Shown one piece after another: positions 1-11,376 of a DNA stretch of 64,000 nt. This DNA is from a virus (taxonomy: Duplodnaviria; Heunggongvirae; Uroviricota; Caudoviricetes). The notes below the pieces were generated by a model. The model saw only the letters and a list, made by a program, of their open reading frames with translations. It did not search any database and was not told the DNA's origin. Positions within the stretch are counted from its first letter, which is position 1. Each line of letters begins with the position of its first letter. The translations under genes were made by a program, and so were the position numbers. The stretch covers positions 14,839 through 78,838 of the IMG/VR virus record IMGVR_UViG_3300044614_000224; one strand, written 5' to 3'.

Positions 1-3000
1 TTATCTTTCTTAGCCTCTTTAGCTAACATTAGATCTCTAAACTCTTCAGCTAATTGTTCTTTGATTTCTTGGTCTGTAGCTTCTGAGTATTTGATTTCTC
101 TAGCTGTAAACTTATCTGTATAGCTTCCTTTTCTATTTCTAAATTCAGTTGCAATAGCTGCTCTTTCCTCTGGTGTAGTGAACATCTTCCATACAGCCTC
201 AACCACCTCATGATACACTGTACCCACCTCAGCATTCTGAGATATATAGATTGCACCATCCTTAAGCATACCCCAAGCCTTTCTACCATTAGTAGCTTGA
301 ATAAGATTCTTAACTCTATATACAGGAACGTTTGGTAAAGCTTTAGCTAAAAACTTCTCCACCTTATTCCAGTCTTCTGATTGGAACTTCTTTAGTTGAT
401 CTTCAACCTTAAGTCTATATTCACTACCTCTCTTAGTTGGTCCTGCATTCTTTCTAGCATTAATTCTAGCTTGTAAGCTAGCAGATACATTTGGTGTAGA
501 AACAGTTGTTGTTTTTGGTTGATCAAATAGTGGAGATTGTATATCAACTGTAGATAGTTCATCCTCTTTAACAGTATACACTTTCCCTTTATCACTTACT
601 ACTTGTTTAATATTAAATGTGTCATCTATTAAAACATTATATCTAGAAGTTTTAACTCTGTAAAGGGTTCCTTCTTTAGTTATAGATTCTGTCAAGAAAC
701 TAGGAGATGATGGTTCTTTACCATCAAATTCAAAAATGATTCTTGGAGAATTTTCATATATCCCTGTTCCTATTTTATTACCTAAAGATTTATTGATTTG
801 ATCTATGGCACTATCAAATGTAGCTTTAGCATCTGTAGAAACAGGAGCAGCAACTGGTTGAGCTACAGGAGCTGCTTCCACAACAGGAGCAGCAGGAGCT
901 ATTTGTTCCTTAACCTTCTTAGATATAATATTTCTTAATACGTTCTCAGCAATATTTGTTGCTTCTTCATCAGAAGTTTCCTCTGTAATACCACTATTTG
1001 CAACACCCAATAGCTTACCCACTGTAACCTCTAGTGTTACATCAGGTACACTCATAGATATACCCTTCTTACCATCAGACTCATTAAATGCAGTGGGGCT
1101 GATGATGAAAGATACTTCTCCTAAATTAGGGATTGATATTGTGTTTTCTGTTTTTCCATCTAACACAAACTGTACAGGGGCTGCAGGAGCAGCTGTTGGT
1201 GTAACAGTTGGTTTAGGTACTGCAACAGGTTTTGCAGCAGGCACCTCATTAGAGGTGTTACCATTCTTATCATATACAGTGAAGTATATACCCTTTCTAT
1301 TAACATCTTCACCATTTTGCATAGGTCTGATGCTTGTTGAAAGAGGAAGTAGATCATTAGATCTTTGGCTTCCATCAGGGTTAACATTAGATAGCAAGTA
1401 GGTTTGATAGTTCTTCCAATCTCTTGTTAATATGTTATCTCCCTCAATACCTATGATTTCAGTGTATGGCTTATTCCATTGTTTGGTTTGACCACCAGTG
1501 ATAAGTGTAGAGTTAACGTTGTTGTACATTTCCTGTAACATACCAACGATAGCTTCTCTATTTTGCTTAAGGTCAGAAGGTTTGATAGAAAACTTAGTTT
1601 CTTCTTTACCAACTAATAGTTGCATGTCCTCAAAGAATATGCTACTAAGTTTAGCTGGCTTTCTGTTACCATTAACATCTTGAGGAGTTCCCCAGTATAC
1701 AACTGATTTTAACCAATTGTATAAAGCTCTAGACTCACCAGACTTAAGGTTTTTATCTTTAATAAGATTGTTTGCCAATCTCTCAATAACATCAAATATA
1801 AGTTCAGCTTCTTTCTTGGTATTCTTTCTGTTATTCAATCTAACTAATCCATTAGCTGTGTATAACAAAGGAACACCCTTAGCACCTTCAAATGTAGAAG
1901 AACCATATACAACAGCACCATCTGTTGTAGGAATACCAATAACTCTTTTGGTATTTAAATCATCTACTGATATTAAACCAGAATCAACTACAGATATAAG
2001 AGCTGAAGGAATAGTATCAGGAATACCAAACGATGCTCCTATCTTATACAAATCCATTGAAGGGTTCTTCAATGTACTTTCTCTCCAAGCTTTATATTCT
2101 TTAGTGTATTGTTCTTTTGTATCATCGTCTGTGGTATCTCTAAACATAGAGTCACCATTTGCCCACATAAGTTCTTTAGGGAACACTTGATATACAGCGT
2201 TCTCTAATGTAGGGTTTTCTAATCTCTCACCATTAACACCAACTAAGAACTTCTCATTAGTGATAGGATCAGTTCCCATCATAACTAAAGCAATGGTTTC
2301 TTCTGGTTTAATGTTAGCAGCATTAGTTCCTTGAGTCTTTAACCATTCTGTTAATCCAGGTAAGCCAGCTTTAGCTTCATTGCCTGATGTTACAATAACA
2401 CCACGGAAGTTTTCATTGTTAGGGAGATCATAAAAATTAGCACCAAACTTATTAGCACGTACGTGATGTGGAGCTAGAGGTTCCTCTTGAGAGAATCCTT
2501 CAACAGCGGGTTTAGTACTATCAACAACTTCTTGATCTGTCTTTTTAGGACTAGGTTCAAATGAACCAGAATCAAAGTCTTCTGTTGGAAGACTATCTAC
2601 ATCTTGAGTTTCTGCTAACTCTTTTTCAAGGTTTGCAGATTCAATAGCTTCTTGTTCTTTAGCACTTTGCTTTAAATATTCTTCAGACTGAGCTTTAAAT
2701 TCTTTCTCAATTTCATCTACTAACTCACTGTTATTCAATGAGTTAATGTATTCTAATTTATTTTCTGTAGGTTTAGCTACATCATTATATTTACTCTTAG
2801 ACAACACATTATCAATAGCCTTGTCTAATATATCTTCTATTGTAGTGGTATCTTCTGAAGCACCAAGTAATTGGTAGTTCTTGAAGTCTGAAGGAGTTAA
2901 GAAAGCTCTCTCACCATTAGGAAGTCTCACTTCAAACTCACCTCTTAATGTCTTAGAAAGGACAGTTAACTTAGGAGCAAATTGTAATTTACCACCTACG

Positions 3001-5423
3001 TTAGCTAGAGGGTTAGCTAAAGAATATTCTTTACCCACCTCAATCTCTTTGCTTACAACCTTTCCTTTATCACCAGTCTCAAACTGCTTAATCTTAACTG
3101 TATCACCTTTAGCTACACTTTCATCAACACCCTCTTTATACTTCTCTGGGTTGTTCTCAATGTTATTGAATTCATCAATAAACTTATTTCTACGTAATGC
3201 TAACTCAATAACATCTTGTAGAGAAGTCTTTAATTCAATCTTATTAGAATTAGTTTCACTTAATCCATTGATTGTCTTTAGTGCTTCCTTAACTGATTCT
3301 ACAGTTGGTTTACCATTGAGGTTGATTTCAGCTACAATAGTTGTTGCATCAATATTGTTACTAGATAGTTTGGCAGTTAGTGCAGGAATTCTAGTGTTGT
3401 AGTCAAATATCTTAGCTGCAGTGTATACCATCTTGTCCACTGTAGCATCATCATACTTCCTTTGTAAGTTACCATCTGCATCTAGTTCAGGAGTACCATC
3501 TTCTTTAGTCTTAGCTAAGCCAGCATACTTAGTTCTAAATTTATCATAGTTGTCAGTTACACTCTTAGCCATAGCTTGAATGTTATTTGCTCTAGCTATG
3601 AATGCTTCTTGAGTGTCATTCTCATTTGCTGTACCTGCAGACTTAAGTTCCATAAAGCCAGCATCTGTTGCTGCCTTTTGTCTGATAGCTTCTAGTTCTG
3701 TTTCAAATATAGCTTCTCCACCATATTTAATTCTTGGTAGAAGATAGTTCAACATGTAATCAGTTTCAAGGTCTTTACTCTGTAGAATATCACCTTGTCT
3801 TAATGTTCTTTCTCTATCTTCATTGATAGTCATACCTCTGTTTACAGAATCAATTAAATCTGTAGCCTTAGCTGAGTTTAATGCTTTTATAGCTTCATCT
3901 GTAAATTTACCTTTCTCTCCACCATATCCAGTGAAACCTCTTTCTCCAATCTTACCAGTTTCAAACATTGTAGGAATTGTAACACCACTTTCTGTTCTCT
4001 TAGTACCCACTACACCTGAAGTCATTAATGCTCCAGATAAACCACCTAATAGAATGTTCTCTAATCCTTCCTCACTTGATACAGCTTTTCCTGTACCATA
4101 ACCTATTACACCTTCTCCACCTGGCATCAATAAACCACCAAGAGAGTTCCAGAAACTTGTTTGGTCACCACTTCTGTATTTCTTATTAAAGAAGTTTTGT
4201 GTTCCTTCTTGAATAGCGTATTGTGCACCTTCTTCAAATGCTTCTGCTGTATTGAAGAATAACGATCCTACATTACCAGCCTTATATAAGAACTTACCAA
4301 AACCTTTCTCTGGAAGAGTAGATTTCCATAAGTTATCTTTAAATATAACATTGTTCAATATCTTCTTCTCACCAGAATATGTAGAACCAAATATCTTTGG
4401 TAACTGTACATATTCAGTTCCTGTAAGTAAAGCTACATTTAAACCAAAGCTCCAGTTACCAACACTTTCTGCTGCATCTTGAATATCTTGTAGGTCTTGA
4501 CCAGTTGGAACTTGACCATTGTTTTCTTTCTTAAATTTCTCAATTAGATTTTCTCTAAGTGACTTAGCATTCTGATAGCTTTCCATACCAGCTTCTCCAG
4601 ATACACCTAAGTAAGAAGATAGTAATCTAGTGGCTGTAGAAGCTTGTGCTCCTGCTTCCACTGTACCTAATGCTTCTAATCCTTGACCAAGTTTACTTGC
4701 AACAGATCTTGGATTCTTTAATGCTTGGATAACACCAGCCATACCTCTACCTTCAGCTAATCCAGCTTCTGTAGCTTCTAATGCTTGTAGCCCTCTACCA
4801 GCAGCTACCAATCCTTTTGATAGTTGTAATGCTTCTAATGCAGCTGTTGCTCCATAAGCAGTTACAGCAGCACCAGCTGAATATCCTAAGTTCTTAACAA
4901 TCTTATCCCAAAAGAAGTTACCTGTAAATACAGACTTTAATGCAAGAGGATCTTTTCTTTCTGCCTCTGTATAATAGTGAGGGAATCTGTTCTCCATTTC
5001 TTGAGAAACATTATCCATCTTCTTAAAGAACTCATTATCATATAGAGATGAAAACTTTCTGTCAACCACTGCAGAACCTATTCCATATAATAGACCAACA
5101 GAGTTATTAACAATAGTTGATGCTGTAGTACCAGCAAGTTTAGCTATACCATTACCAGCTTTATCTAACGCAGATTGACCATAAGCATAATCTTCCTCTG
5201 TCTTATTTGGATTATACAATCCAAACTTCCTATTGTCATACAGTTCTTTTGTAGTAACTGTAGGAGCAATCTGTTCAGGCAATGGAGGTAGATAGTCTGC
5301 TCTTCTTTGACCAGATTCAATAAATGCAGTCATAGGACCAGATGCTTGGGGAGACCCAAGTTCCATAATCTTATTGGTAGGCAGTACGTTATCTTGCGTA
5401 GAATATAAATCAGTTCCTGGCAT
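1..5423 (-). CDS. giant virion-associated protein, >1800 aa, 3' end cut by the window edge
   Basis: ATG at 5423-5421 (revcomp), 1 nt after the stop of the upstream gene. My manual translation of the minus strand runs without stops to position 3. It is absent from the ORF track only because no stop lies inside the window. It contains Ala/Pro-rich linkers (AAPVAQPVAAPV, PAAKPVAVPKPTV). All plus-strand ORFs in 1-5400 are low-complexity antisense artefacts. Confidence 0.6.
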   Translation of the reverse strand, partial: MPGTDLYSTQDNVLPTNKIMELGSPQASGPMTAFIESGQRRADYLPPLPEQIAPTVTTKELYDNRKFGLYNPNKTEEDYAYGQSALDKAGNGIAKLAGTTASTIVNNSVGLLYGIGSAVVDRKFSSLYDNEFFKKMDNVSQEMENRFPHYYTEAERKDPLALKSVFTGNFFWDKIVKNLGYSAGAAVTAYGATAALEALQLSKGLVAAGRGLQALEATEAGLAEGRGMAGVIQALKNPRSVASKLGQGLEALGTVEAGAQASTATRLLSSYLGVSGEAGMESYQNAKSLRENLIEKFKKENNGQVPTGQDLQDIQDAAESVGNWSFGLNVALLTGTEYVQLPKIFGSTYSGEKKILNNVIFKDNLWKSTLPEKGFGKFLYKAGNVGSLFFNTAEAFEEGAQYAIQEGTQNFFNKKYRSGDQTSFWNSLGGLLMPGGEGVIGYGTGKAVSSEEGLENILLGGLSGALMTSGVVGTKRTESGVTIPTMFETGKIGERGFTGYGGEKGKFTDEAIKALNSAKATDLIDSVNRGMTINEDRERTLRQGDILQSKDLETDYMLNYLLPRIKYGGEAIFETELEAIRQKAATDAGFMELKSAGTANENDTQEAFIARANNIQAMAKSVTDNYDKFRTKYAGLAKTKEDGTPELDADGNLQRKYDDATVDKMVYTAAKIFDYNTRIPALTAKLSSNNIDATTIVAEINLNGKPTVESVKEALKTINGLSETNSNKIELKTSLQDVIELALRRNKFIDEFNNIENNPEKYKEGVDESVAKGDTVKIKQFETGDKGKVVSKEIEVGKEYSLANPLANVGGKLQFAPKLTVLSKTLRGEFEVRLPNGERAFLTPSDFKNYQLLGASEDTTTIEDILDKAIDNVLSKSKYNDVAKPTENKLEYINSLNNSELVDEIEKEFKAQSEEYLKQSAKEQEAIESANLEKELAETQDVDSLPTEDFDSGSFEPSPKKTDQEVVDSTKPAVEGFSQEEPLAPHHVRANKFGANFYDLPNNENFRGVIVTSGNEAKAGLPGLTEWLKTQGTNAANIKPEETIALVMMGTDPITNEKFLVGVNGERLENPTLENAVYQVFPKELMWANGDSMFRDTTDDDTKEQYTKEYKAWRESTLKNPSMDLYKIGASFGIPDTIPSALISVVDSGLISVDDLNTKRVIGIPTTDGAVVYGSSTFEGAKGVPLLYTANGLVRLNNRKNTKKEAELIFDVIERLANNLIKDKNLKSGESRALYNWLKSVVYWGTPQDVNGNRKPAKLSSIFFEDMQLLVGKEETKFSIKPSDLKQNREAIVGMLQEMYNNVNSTLITGGQTKQWNKPYTEIIGIEGDNILTRDWKNYQTYLLSNVNPDGSQRSNDLLPLSTSIRPMQNGEDVNRKGIYFTVYDKNGNTSNEVPAAKPVAVPKPTVTPTAAPAAPVQFVLDGKTENTISIPNLGEVSFIISPTAFNESDGKKGISMSVPDVTLEVTVGKLLGVANSGITEETSDEEATNIAENVLRNIISKKVKEQIAPAAPVVEAAPVAQPVAAPVSTDAKATFDSAIDQINKSLGNKIGTGIYENSPRIIFEFDGKEPSSPSFLTESITKEGTLYRVKTSRYNVLIDDTFNIKQVVSDKGKVYTVKEDELSTVDIQSPLFDQPKTTTVSTPNVSASLQARINARKNAGPTKRGSEYRLKVEDQLKKFQSEDWNKVEKFLAKALPNVPVYRVKNLIQATNGRKAWGMLKDGAIYISQNAEVGTVYHEVVEAVWKMFTTPEERAAIATEFRNRKGSYTDKFTAREIKYSEATDQEIKEQLAEEFRDLMLAKEAKKD

Positions 5424-5425
5424 TG

Positions 5426-7996
5426 TTATCTTCGTATTAATTGATCTGCATTAGGATTTACAGACTTAAATAAATTTATAAGTTTATCATCTGTTAAAGA
5501 TGGCAAATACTGTTGTTCAAATGCTGCTCTGCTAGTTGGCTCATATAATGGAACTCTAATAGAGTTACCATCTTTTGTTCTAAAATGGAACACAGGATAT
5601 AACTGACCATTTATGTAATCTAAGTCTGCCACTACAGGAATGTTTACAGTTCTTCTTCCATTAACATCAGAGCTTCCCATTTTACCAGTTTGATAATGGG
5701 CATGATTGTAATCTTTGAAAGCATTTGTAGTTTGTCCATTTCTAAGTAGTACGTCAGCTAGATCAGTATTTTGATTTAGATATTTATTTCCTAGCTGTGG
5801 ATTTTGAGCTACAAAGGATTTATCCACTGGCATTAATTCAACATCATCTGGATTAGTTTTATCTACCGCCTTTATAAAATATTCATCACCTCTTCTAACT
5901 GTTTGGAAATCAACATTTTCTAAAGGTTTTTTAGTAAGATATGCAATGAAATTTTTAGGTACATAACCGAGAGCACCAGTTTTTTGTTGAAGATCTGCTT
6001 GAGCAATGTTTGACAAACTTTCTACAAACTTCTCTTTCTCACCTGGTTTAACAAACACTACACCAGCTTGTTCAGTTGCAAAAGCTCCAGTTAGAGGAGC
6101 TAGCTTTTCAGCGGTCTTTAATGTAATTTGTTTATCGATTTTAAACTGTTGAGATTTAACTTTATCAAAATCAGAAACATACGCATTTAATACTTTGTCT
6201 CCTCCAGGTAATCCTAAATATCTATTCTTTAATTTCTCTTGTAACAGTTGTTCTTTAGGAGTTAATTTTTCTACAATTTTAATTGTAGATACAGGAGTGT
6301 CACCAGCAACATCTGTTGTAGCTTGTTCTTTAGAAAGATAATTATACACTTCATTTGCACTGAATGTAACTTTCTGTCCATTCTTATCTGTAAGTGTAAT
6401 AGGTCTTCTATTTCCTATAATACCTTTTATGTATTGATCATATGTGGTACCTGTAACTTCTTTTGTAGCTTGACTGCGAAATTCATCATGGATTGCTTTT
6501 TGCTTAGCTAACATATTTTCATTGTCAATATAAGCTTCCATTAGTTGGGCTACCGCTGAATTGGGAGGTGAATATTTACCAGCTTGATAATCTCTAACTT
6601 TTTTAAGCATATCTGATGGTAAAACTTTAGTTTTTATATCACTAGATATAGCTGCTAAATTATTTAAAATACCATTATTTTGATCTTCCAATTTAACATT
6701 GCTAGCAACATAGTTATCATATGCTGTATTATTATCAGTGGTTTGGTCACCACTTCTTATAAAGTAAGGAGTTCCTCCAGTTGTTTTTTCATCTTCATAT
6801 TTACGATTAGCTAAATCAAGAGTTCCTTGATCTACAGCAAGTTTTGCTTGAGCTATTATCCAATCACGAGAATCTTTAAGTTGTTCACGATTAAAGTTTT
6901 GAAGCTTCCAATAATCCTCTCTTACAGGGTTGCTAAGTATTTCATCTTTCACACTAGCCCAAGCATACCCATTAGCAAACTGATCTATGTAGTTCTTTGT
7001 ATATATCTTACCTCTAGCAGCATTAGGATTATCTTTAATAGACTGTATAGTGGACAGATAGTTTTCATCTAGTGTTCCTCTTATACCTTTAGCTGGATCA
7101 CCTAACACTTCTTCAAAATGTTTTCTACTTGCTAGTAACCTAGTTTGACCATCTGCTGTAGATGCAGTTAATAAATCTTTATTAATTCTTTTGATTTGTG
7201 CTTGAGCGTATTCTTTTGATCTCTGATAATCCTTATTAGCGTAATTCATTAATTGCTCAGGAGTAGTAGATTTCAATTGGTATTTACCATCAATGTATAA
7301 CTGATGGTAATCTTCTGAATCTAATGCAGCACCAATAGCTGTACGAAGTTGTCCTTCATCTACAGTTTCAATACCCTGTCTTTTTAAAGCAGATAATATC
7401 TTAGTTGTATCTGGAAGACCAGTCTTTGGATCAATTGCATAAGCTGTGTCAATACTTTGAGCATTAGGGTGTACAAGCTTGATTGCTTCAAATATCTTTT
7501 TATTCACATCCTTGTAAGGACTATATTGTCCTCTGAACACTTGCCCAGCTTCTTTCTTACCAAGCCATCCTTTTACTTGCTCATCAAAGTCATCAATGTT
7601 AGATGCTGCAGTTTTACCTTCCTTTCTAGCTGCCTCAATAATTTCAGCTTGTCTTCTATACCAAGCAGTAGATGATACAGCATTCTGAACATTATAATCT
7701 TTACTAATTTGTGTAGCCATACCTCCTACAGAAGTAACAAGTTGCTGATTAGAGAAATCCCCAGCAGCAACATTTTTAAGGTTACCACCTAAAGTATTAA
7801 GTTTAGATTGCAAATATTCCTTATCTGAGTCATGCATAACGTCAAGTCCAGCGATATTATCTATGTATCCCTGGATTTTTTGAACACCCTCATCATATTT
7901 CTGCTGCTTATACGTACCCACCTTCACCATTGCATCAATGGGAAGTTGTTGTACGTAAGGGTTAAATTTCGTTATTTGGTCGGTAAATGATGCCAT
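5426..7996 (-). CDS. large hypothetical virion protein (856 aa)
   Basis: Long uninterrupted ORF, tightly packed with its neighbours, in the block of large proteins at the distal end of the late operon. Confidence 0.6.
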   Translation of the reverse strand: MASFTDQITKFNPYVQQLPIDAMVKVGTYKQQKYDEGVQKIQGYIDNIAGLDVMHDSDKEYLQSKLNTLGGNLKNVAAGDFSNQQLVTSVGGMATQISKDYNVQNAVSSTAWYRRQAEIIEAARKEGKTAASNIDDFDEQVKGWLGKKEAGQVFRGQYSPYKDVNKKIFEAIKLVHPNAQSIDTAYAIDPKTGLPDTTKILSALKRQGIETVDEGQLRTAIGAALDSEDYHQLYIDGKYQLKSTTPEQLMNYANKDYQRSKEYAQAQIKRINKDLLTASTADGQTRLLASRKHFEEVLGDPAKGIRGTLDENYLSTIQSIKDNPNAARGKIYTKNYIDQFANGYAWASVKDEILSNPVREDYWKLQNFNREQLKDSRDWIIAQAKLAVDQGTLDLANRKYEDEKTTGGTPYFIRSGDQTTDNNTAYDNYVASNVKLEDQNNGILNNLAAISSDIKTKVLPSDMLKKVRDYQAGKYSPPNSAVAQLMEAYIDNENMLAKQKAIHDEFRSQATKEVTGTTYDQYIKGIIGNRRPITLTDKNGQKVTFSANEVYNYLSKEQATTDVAGDTPVSTIKIVEKLTPKEQLLQEKLKNRYLGLPGGDKVLNAYVSDFDKVKSQQFKIDKQITLKTAEKLAPLTGAFATEQAGVVFVKPGEKEKFVESLSNIAQADLQQKTGALGYVPKNFIAYLTKKPLENVDFQTVRRGDEYFIKAVDKTNPDDVELMPVDKSFVAQNPQLGNKYLNQNTDLADVLLRNGQTTNAFKDYNHAHYQTGKMGSSDVNGRRTVNIPVVADLDYINGQLYPVFHFRTKDGNSIRVPLYEPTSRAAFEQQYLPSLTDDKLINLFKSVNPNADQLIRR

Positions 7997-8082
7997 GATA
8001 ATATGATTAGCAAATGTAATTTAAATTATTATATATACCAAGAGTTCTAACGATTTTTGTTAATCTGGTATAATTGAATTAG

Positions 8083-11000
8083 TTAGAGATTTTTAATAGC
8101 TTTGACAATATTGCCATTCTTTGCCTTCTGCTTGTATCCAGTGATTGTCTTTCCAGATGCATCATAAATAGGAAGAAGGTCTGCACTAGCACTAGCAGTA
8201 GTAGTAGTTGCTGCTGCTGGTTGTTTATTAGCTATGTTTGGAATAGCAAACTGAGCTAGAGGATTCATATTGATAGCTCTTCCTAAACGGTCATATCTGA
8301 AGTTGTAAAGGTTCTCATATATACCTGCTTCTCTATTCTCTCTTTGATTTTGAAGATACTTATCACCAATAGACTTATAAGCTTCAGCAGCTTGCTCCTT
8401 AGTTTTAGATTTAGCAGTTGCTTGTCTCACTTGTTGAGTGTCGCTAATAGCTGCATTCTTAAGGTCATACTCATTTAATAATTGTCTGTTTGCTTCATAC
8501 ACTCTTGCTCTCTCTTCTTTATTTAATTGAGATTCCTTTCCTAACACCTCAGAATTAGCAGCATACTTTTGAGCAGCTAATAAAGACTGAGCAGCAGGAT
8601 TGTATCCTACAGTTCTAAGAAGAGCATTGTAATCTGCCTGATTTGCATTAAGTGCACTTTGTAATGATACATCAATTGGTGAACTTAATCTAGGTTGTAG
8701 AGTTTGAGCAAACACTGGTTCTAACTGATTGTTAGCCAATGCGTACATCTCTCCAGCCAACTGTGTAGGATCTAAAGGAATCTGATTTGTAGGTCTTAAA
8801 TAAGGTAGTAGTTCAGAAACTAATGTAGAACCATTGTCTTCAAGATTTTCATTTATAAAGTCACCAACAGTACCGAATACACCTCTTCCATTTTTTACAT
8901 CTGCTGTAAGTTCAGGAGCTGGTAATCTACTTCCAGTTGGTTGGAAATTAGGAGAACCAGTATTAGGAATACCTAAAGCAGTGGGAGCATTAAGTGCTGT
9001 CACTGTAGGAACTCCTGCACCAGCGGTATAGTTAACAGCTGGAACATTTTGATATGCATTAGCAGGTGGGTTATAATCAAACCCTTGTCTTAATGGAAAG
9101 TTAGCAGTTGGCTGAACTTGAGGTACAATGCTTTTTATTAATTTTTGTACAGGACTGTTATTTGGATATGCACTTGGAATAGGTTGTAATCTTTGATTAT
9201 TAACATTTACCTGAGGAACAATGCTCTTCACATTAAAACCATATTGAGCTTCTTGTACATCAGAATTAACCTTTCCTTTCTTAGTTTTAACCTTTCCTTT
9301 CATAACATCTTTATTAAATTTATCTACATCCTCATATCCAAACTCAGGGGCTGTAGCATGTATAGACTGTTGTAAGTCACCAAGCTTTTGTTTCTTGTCA
9401 GCAATATCTTTTAGTTTCATGTTAGCACCAATGATATTTGCTTGTAAAGAGTCTAACTCTAGTTTGTCAAATGGTGTTAGCATTTCTAGATCATCTAGTT
9501 TATCAACTGACTTATCTATTAATTTAGTTTGTTTAACCTCTGTCTTAGTTAGGTCAGTGGCATAGCTTTTAAACTTTCTGCCCTTAGCCTTTTTATCAAA
9601 CTCTTCTAAGGCATAATTAGGTATCTTCATGTTACCAAACACCACTAGATTATCTTCCCCTGTACCACCATCTTTTAGTTTAACCATAGGCTCACCTCTT
9701 TCTACTTCTACAGGATTATCACCAAATGTAATACCAATACCTGTATTACCTTTACCATCACTTTCTTCGTGAGATTGTCCTCTAGGCATCACTGTAACAC
9801 CACCATCTGGTAGATATGGGTTTTGAGACATAGGTTCCATGTATCCACCCCAATGGGTTTGTAGCTCACCACCCATCTGGAAGTCAGGTCTTTCTGTAGA
9901 CATAGCTCTTTCACTAGGAGGAGTGTATTCTTTTAAATGACCACCAGCTCTTAACATATCTGCATCATGAGGAGGCTTAAGAAGATCTTTCAACTTATGC
10001 TCACCAAATGTAGTGATAACTTGTGGCATCCAATCATTGCTTACCCATCCACCATCTTCCATGAATCCACTATAGTTAGATTGGATTGATTGAGCACCTT
10101 GTTGTAATGCTGAACCCATTATATTGTTCTGTGATTCTTCTTGAAGTTTTGCTGTTTCTTTTGCACTCTTGCCACCAATAGCACCACCAATTAATCCACC
10201 AACTGCAGATCCAATAACTGTACCTACACCAGGGATAACACTTCCTGCAATACCACCGAGTGTAGAACCAATCTTACCAGCTCCACCAGCTTGATTAAAC
10301 TTACCACCACCAACAAGACTACCTAAACCACCACCTAGTTGACCTGCAATACCTGCACCAATTTGAGCTTTCTTTAACTTACCACCTTTCTTGTATTGTT
10401 TGATATTACTATCATTTAATGGTTCGTATTCAAGATCTGTATAGATTGCATTTGGATCAAATGTATTTTGAATTTCAGTTGGATTACCTCCAATACCACC
10501 ACCGTTCTGCATTATTAAAGGAGTAGTTCCTTCACCATAAGGGTTACCTAATTGACCAGGTTGAACAGCCATATCCTCAGGTCTAACGTATCTACGTTTA
10601 CTCTCTTCTCCTCTTAAACCAGCAGCCTTACCAACTACACCAGTTAATGCAGCTGATTGTTTTGCAATTTGTTTTTGTTGTTTTTCATCCTTAAGCATGT
10701 TAATACCTTGCATGATATTGCCAGCATTGTTCAATACACCAGAACCAAGCTTACTACCTAGTGATGGACCACCGCCCATCATAGATGGAGAAGGTGTCAT
10801 AGCTGTAGCCTGATTGATTGATTTTTGTTGAAACTGTTGGTTACCTAACATGTTTCCAATATTATTCATATTAGCAGCAGGTGCAGTACGAGGTGTACGC
10901 ATAGTTTGTGCAGGAACTCTACCACCTCCTTGCATTTGCATTAATTGTGGAAGTACATCAGCACCTACCTTTTCAAAATCTACACTATCCATTCCTGTAG

Positions 11001-11358
11001 TGCCTGCATCAAAAGCATAAGGACTCTGTTGTGCACCACCCATAGGAGGTTGAACATTCTGCACTCTCATTGGAGCAGCATTACCTGTAACACTAGAATC
11101 TGCTTCATCAGCAAAATCACCATATTTAAAAGCAGCATTTTGGTAAGTATCACCACCTATATATGCACCCACTTGAGCCTGTGGAGGATTAGCAAAGTCA
11201 GTTAGTTGTGTTAACTGTTTAGCAACCATAGACTTACCCATAGCAGCTTTCTTCAAAGCTTTACCATGCTTAGCCATGAATGCTTCTTCTGTTGGGTACT
11301 TCTTGTAGAATTCCTTTTCAGATTTAACTTTTGCGATCTTAAGGATTTGATCTTTCAT
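8083..11358 (-). CDS. Gly/Met/Gln-rich large virion protein (1091 aa), possibly an internal/ejection or tape-measure-like protein
   Basis: Long ORF with extended Gly-rich tracts (GGLGSLVGGG, GGLIGGAIGG), a Met/Gln-rich N-terminal region, and one DGGWVSNDW motif shared with the next gene. Confidence 0.55.
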   Translation of the reverse strand: MKDQILKIAKVKSEKEFYKKYPTEEAFMAKHGKALKKAAMGKSMVAKQLTQLTDFANPPQAQVGAYIGGDTYQNAAFKYGDFADEADSSVTGNAAPMRVQNVQPPMGGAQQSPYAFDAGTTGMDSVDFEKVGADVLPQLMQMQGGGRVPAQTMRTPRTAPAANMNNIGNMLGNQQFQQKSINQATAMTPSPSMMGGGPSLGSKLGSGVLNNAGNIMQGINMLKDEKQQKQIAKQSAALTGVVGKAAGLRGEESKRRYVRPEDMAVQPGQLGNPYGEGTTPLIMQNGGGIGGNPTEIQNTFDPNAIYTDLEYEPLNDSNIKQYKKGGKLKKAQIGAGIAGQLGGGLGSLVGGGKFNQAGGAGKIGSTLGGIAGSVIPGVGTVIGSAVGGLIGGAIGGKSAKETAKLQEESQNNIMGSALQQGAQSIQSNYSGFMEDGGWVSNDWMPQVITTFGEHKLKDLLKPPHDADMLRAGGHLKEYTPPSERAMSTERPDFQMGGELQTHWGGYMEPMSQNPYLPDGGVTVMPRGQSHEESDGKGNTGIGITFGDNPVEVERGEPMVKLKDGGTGEDNLVVFGNMKIPNYALEEFDKKAKGRKFKSYATDLTKTEVKQTKLIDKSVDKLDDLEMLTPFDKLELDSLQANIIGANMKLKDIADKKQKLGDLQQSIHATAPEFGYEDVDKFNKDVMKGKVKTKKGKVNSDVQEAQYGFNVKSIVPQVNVNNQRLQPIPSAYPNNSPVQKLIKSIVPQVQPTANFPLRQGFDYNPPANAYQNVPAVNYTAGAGVPTVTALNAPTALGIPNTGSPNFQPTGSRLPAPELTADVKNGRGVFGTVGDFINENLEDNGSTLVSELLPYLRPTNQIPLDPTQLAGEMYALANNQLEPVFAQTLQPRLSSPIDVSLQSALNANQADYNALLRTVGYNPAAQSLLAAQKYAANSEVLGKESQLNKEERARVYEANRQLLNEYDLKNAAISDTQQVRQATAKSKTKEQAAEAYKSIGDKYLQNQRENREAGIYENLYNFRYDRLGRAINMNPLAQFAIPNIANKQPAAATTTTASASADLLPIYDASGKTITGYKQKAKNGNIVKAIKNL

Positions 11359-11376
11359 ATTGAACGTTTGTGTGTT

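Noticed and set aside
1093-4482. Plus-strand ORFs 1093-1401, 1498-1683, 1717-2190, 2881-3402, 3823-4101 and 4252-4482.
   Set aside because: Low-complexity, Leu/Ser/Pro-rich translations lying antisense to the giant minus-strand gene; these are frame artefacts.
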